Positions 16,809 to 26,679 are shown, counted from the stretch's first letter. The stretch is 52,486 nucleotides of DNA from Minisyncoccota bacterium (GCA_026195275.1 JAPHQU010000008.1:1-52486), one strand, 5' to 3'. Made by a program: numbers and translations. The notes: generated by a model from the letters alone, not told the origin.

Positions 16809-16890
16809 AGTCGTATACCGCTAACTGTAGCACGAAACGACACTCTCATTCCAGAGCCTTTCTGTGCTACTATAGGTACTATCAAATCAT

Positions 16891-19383
16891 ATGAAGCGCA
16901 CGAAAAACCCTTATTCTCTCTATGAGGTCCTTGGACTGACGGTCGCAATAGGTTTCGTATGCTCGGGTATTTTTATCCTCTGGGCGGCAACACTTGAGAT
17001 TCCTGATCTTGAGTCTTTTGAGCAACGCAAAGTTGCCCAATCAACAAAGATCTACGACCGCACCGGTGAAGTCCTTTTATATGACCTTCATGAAGATGTG
17101 AGACGAACAATTATTCCTTTTGAAGATATTTCACGAAATATCAAAAACGCCACTGTTGCTATTGAGGACACTGAATTCTACGACCATAGCGGTATCCGCC
17201 CGCTTGCAACCCTCCGCGCTGTTTTCATCCAACCGCTTCGTGGTAAAGGTGTTCAAGGAGGATCAACCATTACACAACAAGTGGTCAAAAACTCCCTACT
17301 TACCAGCGAACGAAGGATTTCACGAAAACTTAAAGAATGGGTCCTTGCGGTTAAAATTGAAAAGACGCTCAACAAAGAAGAGATTCTTGGAATCTATTTG
17401 AATGAATCACCATATGGTGGAAACCTCTATGGTGTTGAAGAAGCGAGCCAAGCTTTCTTTGGAAAATCAGCAGCTGATGTCTCAATTGCCGAGGCGGCTT
17501 ATGTCGCCGCACTTCCTCAAGCGCCGACATACTACTCACCTTATGGAAACAATCGAGATAAACTTGAAGACAGAAAAAACCTTGTACTCGCGAAGATGCT
17601 TGAAAATAATTTTATATCTTCACTTGAATACGAATCAGCAAAAGAAGAGGTGGTTGATTTCAAACCACGCACAGACACCGGCATAAAAGCACCGCATTTT
17701 GTATTCTATATCCAAGAACGTCTTGAAGAGAAGTATGGGAAGCGTGCAGTTGATGAGCGCGGTTTTAAAGTTATCACCACGCTCAACTACGAACTCCAAG
17801 AGAAAGCTGAGGAAATTGTTGAGCGCTACGCACTTGAGAATGTTGAGAAATTCAATGCAGAAAATGCTTCACTTGTTGCCGTCGACCCGGGGACTGGGCA
17901 AATACTTACTATGGTTGGTTCACGTAATTATTTTGATGAGGAGATCGATGGGAACTTTAATGTTACGCTCGCAAAAAGACAACCAGGTTCAGCATTTAAA
18001 CCCTTCATATATGCAACCGCATTTAAAAAAGGATACACTCCTGAGACGGTTGTTTTTGACCTTAAGACACAGTTTGCGAGCTCATGCGAGCCTGACTTCC
18101 TTGAAACTGAAGGTGAGTGTTACTCACCCGGGAACTACGACAATGTGTTTCGTGGGCCGGTAACACTTAGAAACGCACTCGCACAATCAATCAACATCCC
18201 CGCAATCAAAGCATTGTATCTTGCGGGACTCACCGACTCGCTAAATACTGCGCGCGATCTTGGTATCACCACACTTACTGACGTGAATCGTTATGGTCTC
18301 ACACTCGTCCTTGGTGGTGGTGAAGTTACACTCCTTGAAATAACTGGAGCATATAGCGTCTTTGCAAATGACGGTATGAAAAACTCAATCACCGGGGTGC
18401 TGCGTATAGAAGATGGTGATGGGAATATTGTGGAGAGTTTCGTGTCACGTCCTGCGCAAGTACTTGAACCACAAGTTGCGCGAGAGGTATCCGACATTCT
18501 TTCAGATAACAATGCTCGCGCACCCGCTTTTGGAGAGCGCTCATACCTCTATTTCGAAAACCATACTGTTGCGTCAAAAACAGGAACCACCAACGATTAT
18601 CGCGACGCATGGATTGTTGGTTATACTCCAATGATTGCTGTTGGCGCGTGGGCAGGGAATAACAATAACAGCCCCATGGAGAAGAAAGTCGCCGGTTTCA
18701 TTATCGCACCGCTCTGGAACGAATTCATGCGTGAGGCACTTAAAACTCAACCCCAAAAAGATTTCAAAAAACCAATTCTTGAGTATGGTGAGGAGGTTAA
18801 ACCGGTGCTAAAGGGGGAGTGGCAAGGAAGTGAGCAGTATATCGTCGATACTGTATCAGGAAAACTCGCAACTGAGTTCACCCCGTCTGAAACACGAGCG
18901 GCTCGTGTCCTCACCAATGTTCACTCGATACTTTATTGGGTAGAGAAAAATAATCCAAACGGGCCTCTACCAACCACTCCTCAAAAAGACCCTCAATTTA
19001 ACCTTTGGGAATACCCTATCAGAAAGTGGGTTGAAGAAAAGAATATTATCGAGGGCGGAGAAAAACCAACAGAAGTTGACACTATACACACACCACAAAA
19101 CCAACCACACACAACCTTTACTTCGATCAATCCCACTGTGGCATACTCAGTCACTGATCAAATATTAGTGGAGGTGTCATATACCAGTGTATTCCCTATT
19201 CAAAAAGTTGACTACTTCCTTAATGGAGCGTTTATCGGATCTTCTTCACAATCGCCCTTCTCGTTAACATTCTCACCACACACTATTCAAAATATTCAAA
19301 GGGAAAATACTCTCAAAGCGGTTGTGTATGATTCTGTATTCAATAAGAACAGCGTTGAAACGGACCTGCTACTATCTTTTTAG
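16891..19383 (+). CDS. class A penicillin-binding protein (bifunctional glycosyltransferase/transpeptidase)
   Basis: N-terminal TM anchor. GT51 motifs EDTEFYDHSGIRP, GGSTITQQ and RKLKEW. Transpeptidase motifs SAFKPF (SxxK) and SKTGTT (KTG). Confidence 0.92.
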   Translation: MKRTKNPYSLYEVLGLTVAIGFVCSGIFILWAATLEIPDLESFEQRKVAQSTKIYDRTGEVLLYDLHEDVRRTIIPFEDISRNIKNATVAIEDTEFYDHSGIRPLATLRAVFIQPLRGKGVQGGSTITQQVVKNSLLTSERRISRKLKEWVLAVKIEKTLNKEEILGIYLNESPYGGNLYGVEEASQAFFGKSAADVSIAEAAYVAALPQAPTYYSPYGNNRDKLEDRKNLVLAKMLENNFISSLEYESAKEEVVDFKPRTDTGIKAPHFVFYIQERLEEKYGKRAVDERGFKVITTLNYELQEKAEEIVERYALENVEKFNAENASLVAVDPGTGQILTMVGSRNYFDEEIDGNFNVTLAKRQPGSAFKPFIYATAFKKGYTPETVVFDLKTQFASSCEPDFLETEGECYSPGNYDNVFRGPVTLRNALAQSINIPAIKALYLAGLTDSLNTARDLGITTLTDVNRYGLTLVLGGGEVTLLEITGAYSVFANDGMKNSITGVLRIEDGDGNIVESFVSRPAQVLEPQVAREVSDILSDNNARAPAFGERSYLYFENHTVASKTGTTNDYRDAWIVGYTPMIAVGAWAGNNNNSPMEKKVAGFIIAPLWNEFMREALKTQPQKDFKKPILEYGEEVKPVLKGEWQGSEQYIVDTVSGKLATEFTPSETRAARVLTNVHSILYWVEKNNPNGPLPTTPQKDPQFNLWEYPIRKWVEEKNIIEGGEKPTEVDTIHTPQNQPHTTFTSINPTVAYSVTDQILVEVSYTSVFPIQKVDYFLNGAFIGSSSQSPFSLTFSPHTIQNIQRENTLKAVVYDSVFNKNSVETDLLLSF

Positions 19384-19393
19384 ACTCGAAAAA

Positions 19394-19648
19394 TTATCGA
19401 ATATCTTTTACTTGATCTAACCCAAGACTCTTGTTTATCTTTGAACACACATTTTCTTTTGATAAAAATATCTCGTTCTTTATAGTTGTATTTGTTTTTA
19501 TATAAATCACATTATTGTGGTATACAATCTCTTCTTCTAAAACAGGTATATTCATCTCGGTGAGAACAGCGAAAGCTGTTTTCTTGATGATGCGTGATGT
19601 TGGTTTTAAACTTGAAAACTTTTCAAAAAAATCAGCGATACCTTTCAT
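19394..19648 (-). CDS. DUF721/DciA-like small protein
   Basis: 84 aa, immediately downstream of dnaN. The pattern ...NNVIYIKTNTTIKNEIFLSKENVCSKINKSLGLDQVKDIR resembles DUF721 (L.V.v.s..w..EL......il..in..lG...v..I.f). Confidence 0.4.
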   Translation of the reverse strand: MKGIADFFEKFSSLKPTSRIIKKTAFAVLTEMNIPVLEEEIVYHNNVIYIKTNTTIKNEIFLSKENVCSKINKSLGLDQVKDIR

Positions 19649-19669
19649 GTTTTGTGTTTTATATACGTT

Positions 19670-20773
19670 CTATTTGTTCATCGGCATAACAAGATAGAGG
19701 AATGACTCATCAGAAACACCTTTGATTATAAGCGGCTTCCCTATACCTGTAAAAAGTAACGTTATACTATCTGAATGAATAGAAGAAAGACAGTCATATA
19801 TATAACGATAATTAAACCGCATATCAATACTCTCCCCTTTTATTACAGCGTCAATACTATCGTTTGTCTCACCAACAGATGAGTTGTGTGCACTTACGGT
19901 AAACAGTTTCTTTTTTGGTTCTACTGCAATAGATACTTGTCCGAATCTATCTGAAAATATATTTATTTTTTTAAATGTATTTAATAGATCTTGTTTTAAT
20001 ACAACAACTTCAGTCACATAGTCTTTGGGAATTATTTGTTTGTAGTCTGGAAATACACCGTCAATCACCCGTGAGGTTATGTATATATTGTCCACCTCAA
20101 AAGAGATTTGGTTATCTGTTATTTTTAAAACAACATCAGTATCACCAATCTGATTTAAAATACGAACTATCTCAACCGCATTACGTAATGGTAATAAAAA
20201 AGATTGTGAAAGAGAGTTTTTTTGTTTTATTTGTATAACCTTTTCAGCAAGTCGAAACGAGTCAGTCGCGACAAAATTTATTTTCTTGTCGTTTTCATAG
20301 ATGTATACACTTGATAATTCCGGTTTAATTGTTGAGTGTGATGCACTGTATACAACTGATTGGATGCCACGTATTAACTCATCTGTTTTTATTGTACACC
20401 CAACACTACTGTCAATGACTGGTAGTGATGGAAAATCTTCATTTGGTTGTGTGTTTAATGTGGTGGTACTGTGTTTTGTTGAAATAACAACCGTGTCACC
20501 TTTTGTTTGGAGTGTTATTTTTGAGTCAAATGTATTTTGTATTGTGTTGTAAAAAACCGCACTTGGTACCGCAATAACACCATCTTCTTCAGAATTCACT
20601 GGCAAAACCGATTCAACACCTAATTCAAGATTTGTTGATCGAACAGTGAGTGTATTTTCTTTAACAACAAGGAGGACACATCCGAGCACTGGAAGTGTTG
20701 GATTTGTTCCCGCAATCTTCTCAGTAACAGAGAGTGCGTTCAGTAAATCTTTTTTTTCACATTCGATCTTCAT
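19670..20773 (-). CDS. dnaN: DNA polymerase III beta sliding clamp
   Basis: 367 aa, directly downstream of dnaA. Three-domain clamp pattern with a C-terminal ...LYLVMPMN. Confidence 0.9.
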   Translation of the reverse strand: MKIECEKKDLLNALSVTEKIAGTNPTLPVLGCVLLVVKENTLTVRSTNLELGVESVLPVNSEEDGVIAVPSAVFYNTIQNTFDSKITLQTKGDTVVISTKHSTTTLNTQPNEDFPSLPVIDSSVGCTIKTDELIRGIQSVVYSASHSTIKPELSSVYIYENDKKINFVATDSFRLAEKVIQIKQKNSLSQSFLLPLRNAVEIVRILNQIGDTDVVLKITDNQISFEVDNIYITSRVIDGVFPDYKQIIPKDYVTEVVVLKQDLLNTFKKINIFSDRFGQVSIAVEPKKKLFTVSAHNSSVGETNDSIDAVIKGESIDMRFNYRYIYDCLSSIHSDSITLLFTGIGKPLIIKGVSDESFLYLVMPMNK

Positions 20774-20990
20774 GTTTTTATATATTATGTATTATTACTA
20801 TTAGTGGTGTGTATATGTTGAAAAGTCATATATAAGGCTTTTTTTGTATATATTATTCTCTAAATAATATATACAATTTGTGTATAACTTGAGTATGTTA
20901 TCTGTTTTTAAAAATAATATTTTCGTTTTCATGTTAGTTACTCTAGTTTTATACACAAAAGATAAACACTATACACAGACACTATCCACA
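20774..20990. promoter_or_regulatory. oriC-type region: DnaA-box cluster plus AT-rich tracts between dnaA and dnaN
   Basis: Boxes TGTGTATAA (20879-20887), TTATACACA (20949-20957), CTATACACA (20969-20977) and CTATCCACA (20982-20990), with long A/T runs at 20776-20805 and 20905-20925. Confidence 0.7.
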
Positions 20991-22355
20991 TTATAAAAGT
21001 GCGCGTATCTGATCTATCTCTTGGCTCAAGACTGAATCAGTCTTGATTGAGTTTTTAATTTTTTCACAAGAATGAATAACAGTAGTGTGGTCTCGACCAC
21101 CAAGTTTCTCACCAATACTTGGATATGAAACACCAAAATCCTCACGTAAAATGTACATAATCAACTGTCGTGGTTTTACGATTTCTTTTTTACGTGTTTT
21201 TTCATAAATACTCCCTTCTTCTATTTCATAAAAATCAGCTATTTTTTTAATTACATCTTTTGTTGATACTGATTTTTTTGGTTTAGAGTTGTTTTTTATA
21301 ATTGATCGTATTTCATTTTGGTTTGGTACCCTACCTTTTACTTGAGATTGGAAAATAATTGAATTAAGGAGACCTTCGAGTTCTCGAATGTTTCCCCGTA
21401 CTTCATTTGAGATGTATTCAACAAGATCATCCGGAAGAATAAAGTTGTTGAGTGCGGATTTTGCTTTCAATATAGCGATACGAGACTCGTGGTCAGGCTC
21501 TGGTATATCAACAATCATACCGGCGTTAAACCTTGATTTTAGACGGTCTTCAAGACCAGGAATGTAATTCGGATGTTTGTCCGAAGAGAAGATTATTTGC
21601 TTATTGTTGTCATAGAGTGCGTTGAACAGATGGAAGAGTTCTTCTTGGGTCTTTTCTTTATCTGAAAGAAATTGAATGTCGTCCATAATAAGGACATCAT
21701 ATTGGCGGTACTTCTCTTTAAATGAATTTGCTTTCCCTTCCTGGACTGAGTTGAGATAATCAACCGCAAAACGCTCAGAGGTGACATAAAATACTTTTTT
21801 ATTGGAATTTATCTTCTTTAGTTGGTTCCCCACAGACTGAATAAGGTGTGTTTTTCCATGCCCGGTTGATCCATAGATAAAAAGTGGGTTATACACTATT
21901 CCCGGTTTTTGGGTGATCACCTGTGCTGCTGCGTGCGCGAGTTGATTGAATGGTCCGACAATAAAGGTCTCAAACGTGTAGCGTGGGTTAAGGTTGTCGT
22001 TTTTGTTTATATAGAAGTTATCAAGCGGAAGTTCATTTACTCCAAACATATCGTTTTGTTTTTTTGCTCCCACTGCTTTTTTGTTGTTGTTTTTTTGATC
22101 TTTGGAGATGATGTACTCGAGACCACGAACACCTGGTTCAAGTGTGCGTAAGATCTTTAATATAAATGTATGGTATTTGTTTGTGAGCCAGTCTTTGACA
22201 AACTGGTTCGGGACTCCAAGATAGACCACCCCCCCATCAATTTTCTGAATCCCTGTGTTTTTGAACCAAGTGCTAAAATTTGCCTTAGAGATTGATAACT
22301 CAATATCAACAAGAGTGTTTTCCCAGAGTTGCTTTGTGTCGGTATTCTTAATCAT
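20991..22355 (-). CDS. dnaA: chromosomal replication initiator protein DnaA
   Basis: 454 aa. Walker A GSTGHGKTHL and Walker B LIMDDIQFL. C-terminal DNA-binding domain (KPRQLIMYILRE...GGRDHTTVIHSCEKI). Confidence 0.95.
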   Translation of the reverse strand: MIKNTDTKQLWENTLVDIELSISKANFSTWFKNTGIQKIDGGVVYLGVPNQFVKDWLTNKYHTFILKILRTLEPGVRGLEYIISKDQKNNNKKAVGAKKQNDMFGVNELPLDNFYINKNDNLNPRYTFETFIVGPFNQLAHAAAQVITQKPGIVYNPLFIYGSTGHGKTHLIQSVGNQLKKINSNKKVFYVTSERFAVDYLNSVQEGKANSFKEKYRQYDVLIMDDIQFLSDKEKTQEELFHLFNALYDNNKQIIFSSDKHPNYIPGLEDRLKSRFNAGMIVDIPEPDHESRIAILKAKSALNNFILPDDLVEYISNEVRGNIRELEGLLNSIIFQSQVKGRVPNQNEIRSIIKNNSKPKKSVSTKDVIKKIADFYEIEEGSIYEKTRKKEIVKPRQLIMYILREDFGVSYPSIGEKLGGRDHTTVIHSCEKIKNSIKTDSVLSQEIDQIRALL

Positions 22356-22449
22356 GCTTAATAATAGTTTCTTGTGAAAGTGCTATTCATTATATAGATA
22401 TACCAACGATGGTAAAACTTGCGGAGTGTGATCAACTATGTTAATAAAC

Positions 22450-22458
22450 TGTGTATAA
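22450..22458. promoter_or_regulatory. DnaA box TGTGTATAA upstream of dnaA
   Basis: Same TTATACACA variant as in the dnaA-dnaN spacer. Confidence 0.45.
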
Positions 22459-22539
22459 AGGTGCCCAGTACACTCTATGTGGTTGAAGACTGGAGAATCA
22501 CTTGAAATCAGAAGGTTTTTAGCGTATATTTACACAACT

Positions 22540-22674
22540 ATGTCACAGACATACAATCCTAAAAAACGAAAGCGCCAGCGAGCACATGGCTTTTTGTCGC
22601 GCACCAAGACAGCGGGAGGGCGTAACGTGCTCAAACGTCGTCGTCAAAAGGGGCGCAAACAACTCGCTGTTTAG
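22540..22674 (+). CDS. rpmH: 50S ribosomal protein L34
   Basis: 44 aa, [44 protein letters not shown]. The start was set at the internal ATG of the track ORF. Confidence 0.92.
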   Translation: MSQTYNPKKRKRQRAHGFLSRTKTAGGRNVLKRRRQKGRKQLAV

Positions 22675-22712
22675 ACCGCCAATCAGGTAAAACCGCTCTA
22701 ATAAGCCAAAAT

Positions 22713-22734
22713 CGACCTTCTCAGGTCGTTTTTT
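22713..22734 (+). terminator. short hairpin plus T-run between rpmH and rnpA
   Basis: cgacct-tctc-aggtcg followed by TTTTTT. It overlaps the putative rnpA -10 element. Confidence 0.4.
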
Positions 22735-22742
22735 GGTATACT
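22734..22742 (+). promoter_or_regulatory. extended -10 box TGGTATACT, 7 nt before the rnpA ATG
   Basis: Same motif as at 6331 and 46992. Confidence 0.4.
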
Positions 22743-22749
22743 TTGTCTT

Positions 22750-23052
22750 ATGAAAGAAGAAACAAAAGAATTTTTCACTTCAGTAATGAGGGGTGGAAGC
22801 CTGCACCACTCTCCACACCTCTCCCTCAAGTTTCTTTTAGGAGGAGAAGCGCCGGTTCGTGTTGTTGTCTCAAAGAAGGTCGTATCCTCAGCGGTGTCAA
22901 GAAATCGATTAAAACGACGCATCCGCGCGATTTTTAAAGAAATACACCCCCCAATTCAAGCTATTGTCTTCGCAAAGAAGGGTGTTGGCGAGGTGTCATT
23001 CGATGACCTGAGAGCTGAGTTGCAAGAGCTTACAAAGAAGGCATTGAAATAG
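22750..23052 (+). CDS. rnpA: ribonuclease P protein component
   Basis: 100 aa, basic. The RNR-like motif SRNRLKRRIRAIFKE. Canonical rpmH-rnpA-yidC order. Confidence 0.85.
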   Translation: MKEETKEFFTSVMRGGSLHHSPHLSLKFLLGGEAPVRVVVSKKVVSSAVSRNRLKRRIRAIFKEIHPPIQAIVFAKKGVGEVSFDDLRAELQELTKKALK

Positions 23053-23081
23053 TTGTTGTCGGCACTCTTGTGGGGTAGAAT
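23053..23081 (+). promoter_or_regulatory. candidate promoter TTGTTG-17-TAGAAT, 6 nt before the yidC ATG
   Basis: 17-nt spacing. The -10 box ends at 23081 and the ATG is at 23088. Confidence 0.35.
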
Positions 23082-23087
23082 AAGCCC

Positions 23088-23825
23088 ATGTTTTCAGCTT
23101 TTTTTCACAATTTTGTGTATGCGCCGCTTTACAACGGTCTTGTTTTTTTCATTGATATTGTTCCCTATGCTGATGTTGGAATTGCGGTGATTCTCCTCAC
23201 TATTACAGTAAAACTCATACTGCTCCCTGTAGCGCAAAGTGGGATACGTTCGCAGATCCTTATGAATTCAATCAAGCCAGATCTTGAGGATATTCGTGAG
23301 AAATATAAAGAAGACAAACAAGAACAGGCGCGCAAAACAATGGATCTCTATAAAGAAAAAAAAATCAACCCATTTTCAATAATTCTTCCACTAATCGTCC
23401 AAATACCAGTTATATTCGGTCTCTATTGGGTTTTCTTCCGTGGTGGTTTGCCAAATATAAAGACAGAGCTCCTCTACTCTTTTGTTGATATACCAATCGT
23501 TGTTAATATGCACTTCCTGGGCTTTATTGATGTTGCGGGTAAGAGTATTTTGTTTGCGCTTCTTGCGGGGGTGACACAATATATATACACAAAACTCTCG
23601 TTCCCTAAGCCGCAGGAAAATAATGGAGAACCATCATTTAAAAACGATCTCGCAAAGAGTATGCATCTTCAAATGCGGTATGTTATGCCAATTGTTGTTG
23701 GGGTTATCGCCTACAGTATTTCTGCCGCAGTAGCGATCTATTGGAGCACAAGCAACCTCTTTATGATAGGACAGGAGATATTCGTTCGTCGTCGTATGAT
23801 GGAAAAAAACGAGATAAAGAGCTAG
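23088..23825 (+). CDS. yidC: membrane protein insertase YidC (short, Oxa1-like form)
   Basis: 245 aa with about 5 TM helices. KTMDLYKEKKINPF motif. Position after rnpA. Confidence 0.88.
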   Translation: MFSAFFHNFVYAPLYNGLVFFIDIVPYADVGIAVILLTITVKLILLPVAQSGIRSQILMNSIKPDLEDIREKYKEDKQEQARKTMDLYKEKKINPFSIILPLIVQIPVIFGLYWVFFRGGLPNIKTELLYSFVDIPIVVNMHFLGFIDVAGKSILFALLAGVTQYIYTKLSFPKPQENNGEPSFKNDLAKSMHLQMRYVMPIVVGVIAYSISAAVAIYWSTSNLFMIGQEIFVRRRMMEKNEIKS

Positions 23826-23852
23826 ACTCTAGAAACAACAACGAGTAAAAAC

Positions 23853-23880
23853 AAAAAACAGCCCATGCAGGCTGTTTTTT
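23853..23880. terminator. bidirectional terminator
   Basis: aaaaaacagcc-catgca-ggctgtttttt lies between the convergent yidC and the last gene of the T4SS-like cluster. Confidence 0.75.
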
Positions 23881-23893
23881 GTTTCCATAAAGA

Positions 23894-25084
23894 CTATTTC
23901 AAAGAGAGCGCCCAGAGTGTGGAATCTTTTTTGTTTGTAAAGATGAGTAGCTGTTCTTCCGGATCAACAGATATGTTGATGACATCAAGATCATACCCTG
24001 CTTCCTCGGCGTCATAGATCAATTGTGCTCGAGATGTTTCGGTGTCAAAGACCCAAATATCATCAGAGAATGACACAATGCCTTTATACCAATCGTCAGG
24101 ATAAGAAGCGCTCCGATCGAGTGAATATGGGGATCCGCAGTAAAGTTTCGTGTCATTCGCCCACGCACATTTTTCGGCAAGAGTTCTGAAAGGAAGTATG
24201 GAAAGATCCTCAGTGCGTGTATTGTAGATGGCGAGCTCTGTCCCGGCGTCCCCACTTTTGGATATAAGGAGTGTTGTGCCCTTTTGGTTTGGGGTAGCAA
24301 CCAACCCTTCACCAGAAATAATTTCAGTGAGACTTCCTGATCTGAGTCGATAGGTATGACCAACCACACTGCGAGAAGCCTTTGAGGTTAGTGTTATGTC
24401 GTCACCGAACCAATGTGGCGTCCAGTCGTATACTGTGGAAGAGAAGAGCAACCTACTGTTGGTTCCATCAAAATTTGATAAGAATCCATCGACTTGTTGA
24501 CTTGTCTGTTGTAGGTAGAACAGGTCACCGTCTGGATGTACTGAAAGGCCGATAATATTATTTGTTAAAAACCATCCATCGAGTTCATTATCCTCTTTGA
24601 TTATTTCCCCGTAAAAACTCCGCAAAGTTTCATTTTCATCGAGGTAGCGGAGGATTACCGCATCTCCCTCTGGACTCCAAACTACTTCTTGAATACGAGG
24701 GATGGTTGTGTTTGAAAGGCGTTCTTCTTGGAGTGAGTTCGCCCCCACCTCATAGATATGCCCGGTAGCACGCTCAATGTAGCGTATCCGGGTCTCTGTC
24801 TCCTCGGTAAGTATGATACCCCGTACACTCGGAACTCTTGAGATCTGTCGCAATGTTGGTATATAGACATCCTCATCAGCTGGTGCATCTAGAGTGTCTC
24901 GAGCATCTCCACTTGATGTGCCTGATGTGGGGAAAAGTCCACCACCACCTTTCCCATCAACACCCATACCCATTGGAAAATCAAAAGTATCTTTCAGATA
25001 GTGCTGATACGCGAAGAAAAGCACTCCAAGAGAAAGTGAGAAGACTATAATGATGATGAGTAGAATCTTGGTTCGTTTTTTCAT
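23894..25084 (-). CDS. membrane-anchored protein with a TolB-like beta-propeller region
   Basis: N-terminal TM segment ILLIIIIVFSLSLGVLFFA and a Gly-rich linker. Repeated segments such as VWSPEGDAVILRY and SVHPDGDLFYLQ resemble PD40/TolB blades. Last gene of the cluster. Confidence 0.55.
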   Translation of the reverse strand: MKKRTKILLIIIIVFSLSLGVLFFAYQHYLKDTFDFPMGMGVDGKGGGGLFPTSGTSSGDARDTLDAPADEDVYIPTLRQISRVPSVRGIILTEETETRIRYIERATGHIYEVGANSLQEERLSNTTIPRIQEVVWSPEGDAVILRYLDENETLRSFYGEIIKEDNELDGWFLTNNIIGLSVHPDGDLFYLQQTSQQVDGFLSNFDGTNSRLLFSSTVYDWTPHWFGDDITLTSKASRSVVGHTYRLRSGSLTEIISGEGLVATPNQKGTTLLISKSGDAGTELAIYNTRTEDLSILPFRTLAEKCAWANDTKLYCGSPYSLDRSASYPDDWYKGIVSFSDDIWVFDTETSRAQLIYDAEEAGYDLDVINISVDPEEQLLIFTNKKDSTLWALSLK

Positions 25085-25090
25085 ACCATA

Positions 25091-25624
25091 TTATTGATTA
25101 CCAACACCGGAACCAGTTCCAAACTCACTTGCCGGCTCTTGATCTACACTAGTACCACTTGAGGTGACGCCTTCAAATTCCCACAGACCAACACCACCCT
25201 TACTTGTCTTTGATTCAAGGTTTTGTGAAGAAGTGCTTCCCGATGGGGTAACATTGATATCAAAATTGATCAAATTTGGATTGATAGTGTAGAGGATTAC
25301 CCAGATAAGGAGTGCGAGAAGTAGTCCAAGAACTGCGTTAGTGATACGCTCCTTCCCCTCTGTTTTTCCATAGACGGCCTCAGAGGTCATGTACTCAATA
25401 CCACCAATGGTTATCATGACAACAGCGAGTGTTGCGGCGATTGCCAAACCAATACGGAATACAGTGTTGAGAAAATCACCAAATGACATACTGCTTGTAA
25501 CCCCCGGAAGTGGTGTCAGTGGGATAAAGGTTTCTTGCTGTGCGTAGGCGAGAACAGGAAGGAGTATGAGTAGCCCCAGACTAGCTCCATAAACATATAT
25601 TTTTTTGTTTTGTAAGTGTTTCAT
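25091..25624 (-). CDS. T4SS pilin-like protein (VirB2/TrbC analogue, CPR type)
   Basis: Signal peptide ending AYA followed by two hydrophobic helices (IGLAIAATLAVVMITIGGIEYM and AVLGLLLALLIWVILYTINPNL). Ser/Thr/Gly-rich C-terminal tail. Confidence 0.55.
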   Translation of the reverse strand: MKHLQNKKIYVYGASLGLLILLPVLAYAQQETFIPLTPLPGVTSSMSFGDFLNTVFRIGLAIAATLAVVMITIGGIEYMTSEAVYGKTEGKERITNAVLGLLLALLIWVILYTINPNLINFDINVTPSGSTSSQNLESKTSKGGVGLWEFEGVTSSGTSVDQEPASEFGTGSGVGNQ

Positions 25625-25626
25625 AT

Positions 25627-26679
25627 CTAAAAACTAGATCCTGATGAAGCGACACCAAAGAGTAAAGAGAATGACGCGGCTGCTTTTTGGAAAATATCGC
25701 GTGTGTTTTCTACAGAAACGGTGATGTTTGCTCTCCCCGCTTCTTCACCAGATTGTCGCACAGTAATGCTCCCACGGTCATCCCCAAGTGAGACGGGTTT
25801 TTTATCGAGTTGCCAGGCGTAGGTGATATGTGAAGCATTTCGATCACTTAATGACATAAAGAACGGAGAGGCAACAAATTTTGTTTCTGTTGTGGCCAGG
25901 TTGTAAGTTCCCGATACAGCTTGGTTGTAGAGTTGTCCGAGGAGTGGGTTGTTTTCATACACAATGATTTCCGGAGAGACGATAGGTATGTTGATGCTCG
26001 TATTTCTCACCAAAAGCCCATCAAGAGTCTCTGCTTGCACTTCAACGTTAATACTTTTACGAGGCCTTGCTTGAGAAACGCGTGCGGCACGCTTCCCTTT
26101 CCCTGAGATACGCTCAACAATACTCCCATCAACATACCAAGTGTAGACAAGTTCGTCGTCAGGAATACGAGCGCCAATATCATTTATAAAAAGTGGCACT
26201 GCTTCAATCGCGATCAAGCTGCCGATTGAGGGGAGCTTCCGTCCTTGATAGAACGCTGGGGTGTGCGTTTGCGCCTGCCACAAGAGGTCGAGTTTTGCTG
26301 GTCTTATAATGAGTTCCTGTGTGTAGACACGTGATGTGTCCTCAGCCACAATGGTTATTGTTGAGATGCTGCCGAGTCCACCAGTGGTGAATGTAAAAGA
26401 GGTTTGTCCAACACCTTGAAGTGCGAGTGTGTCATTTATAAACCATGACAAGGTCGCCACATTAAGGTCGATCGAGTAGCTTTTCACTAATATGGAAACA
26501 TCTTGGTTCGCTCCAGGGTTTCGCGGCATCACCGAGGGCACAAGCACATTATTGAGCTCAGGAACGATCTGCGCGCTTGTTGGGTGTGGAAACACAAACA
26601 TAGACAAAAAAATACCGAGCGTAAGAAGGAGTTTTTTTTCAAAAAGAGTAGTAAGCATACGTTTAGAGGGTATTTTCAT
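25627..26679 (-). CDS. secreted protein with three Ig-like internal repeats
   Basis: Signal peptide ...HPTSAQ. Three segments share the xW-[FYQ]-[IVL]-[ND] pattern (LSWFINDT, YTWYVDGS, YAWQLDKK), each followed by beta-rich sequence. Confidence 0.55.
   Translation of the reverse strand: MKIPSKRMLTTLFEKKLLLTLGIFLSMFVFPHPTSAQIVPELNNVLVPSVMPRNPGANQDVSILVKSYSIDLNVATLSWFINDTLALQGVGQTSFTFTTGGLGSISTITIVAEDTSRVYTQELIIRPAKLDLLWQAQTHTPAFYQGRKLPSIGSLIAIEAVPLFINDIGARIPDDELVYTWYVDGSIVERISGKGKRAARVSQARPRKSINVEVQAETLDGLLVRNTSINIPIVSPEIIVYENNPLLGQLYNQAVSGTYNLATTETKFVASPFFMSLSDRNASHITYAWQLDKKPVSLGDDRGSITVRQSGEEAGRANITVSVENTRDIFQKAAASFSLLFGVASSGSSF

Noticed and set aside
16809-16890. Possible T-box leader upstream of tyrS.
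   Set aside because: Only 82 bp separates tyrS from the divergent PBP gene. That is too short for a T-box, and no T-box sequence was seen.
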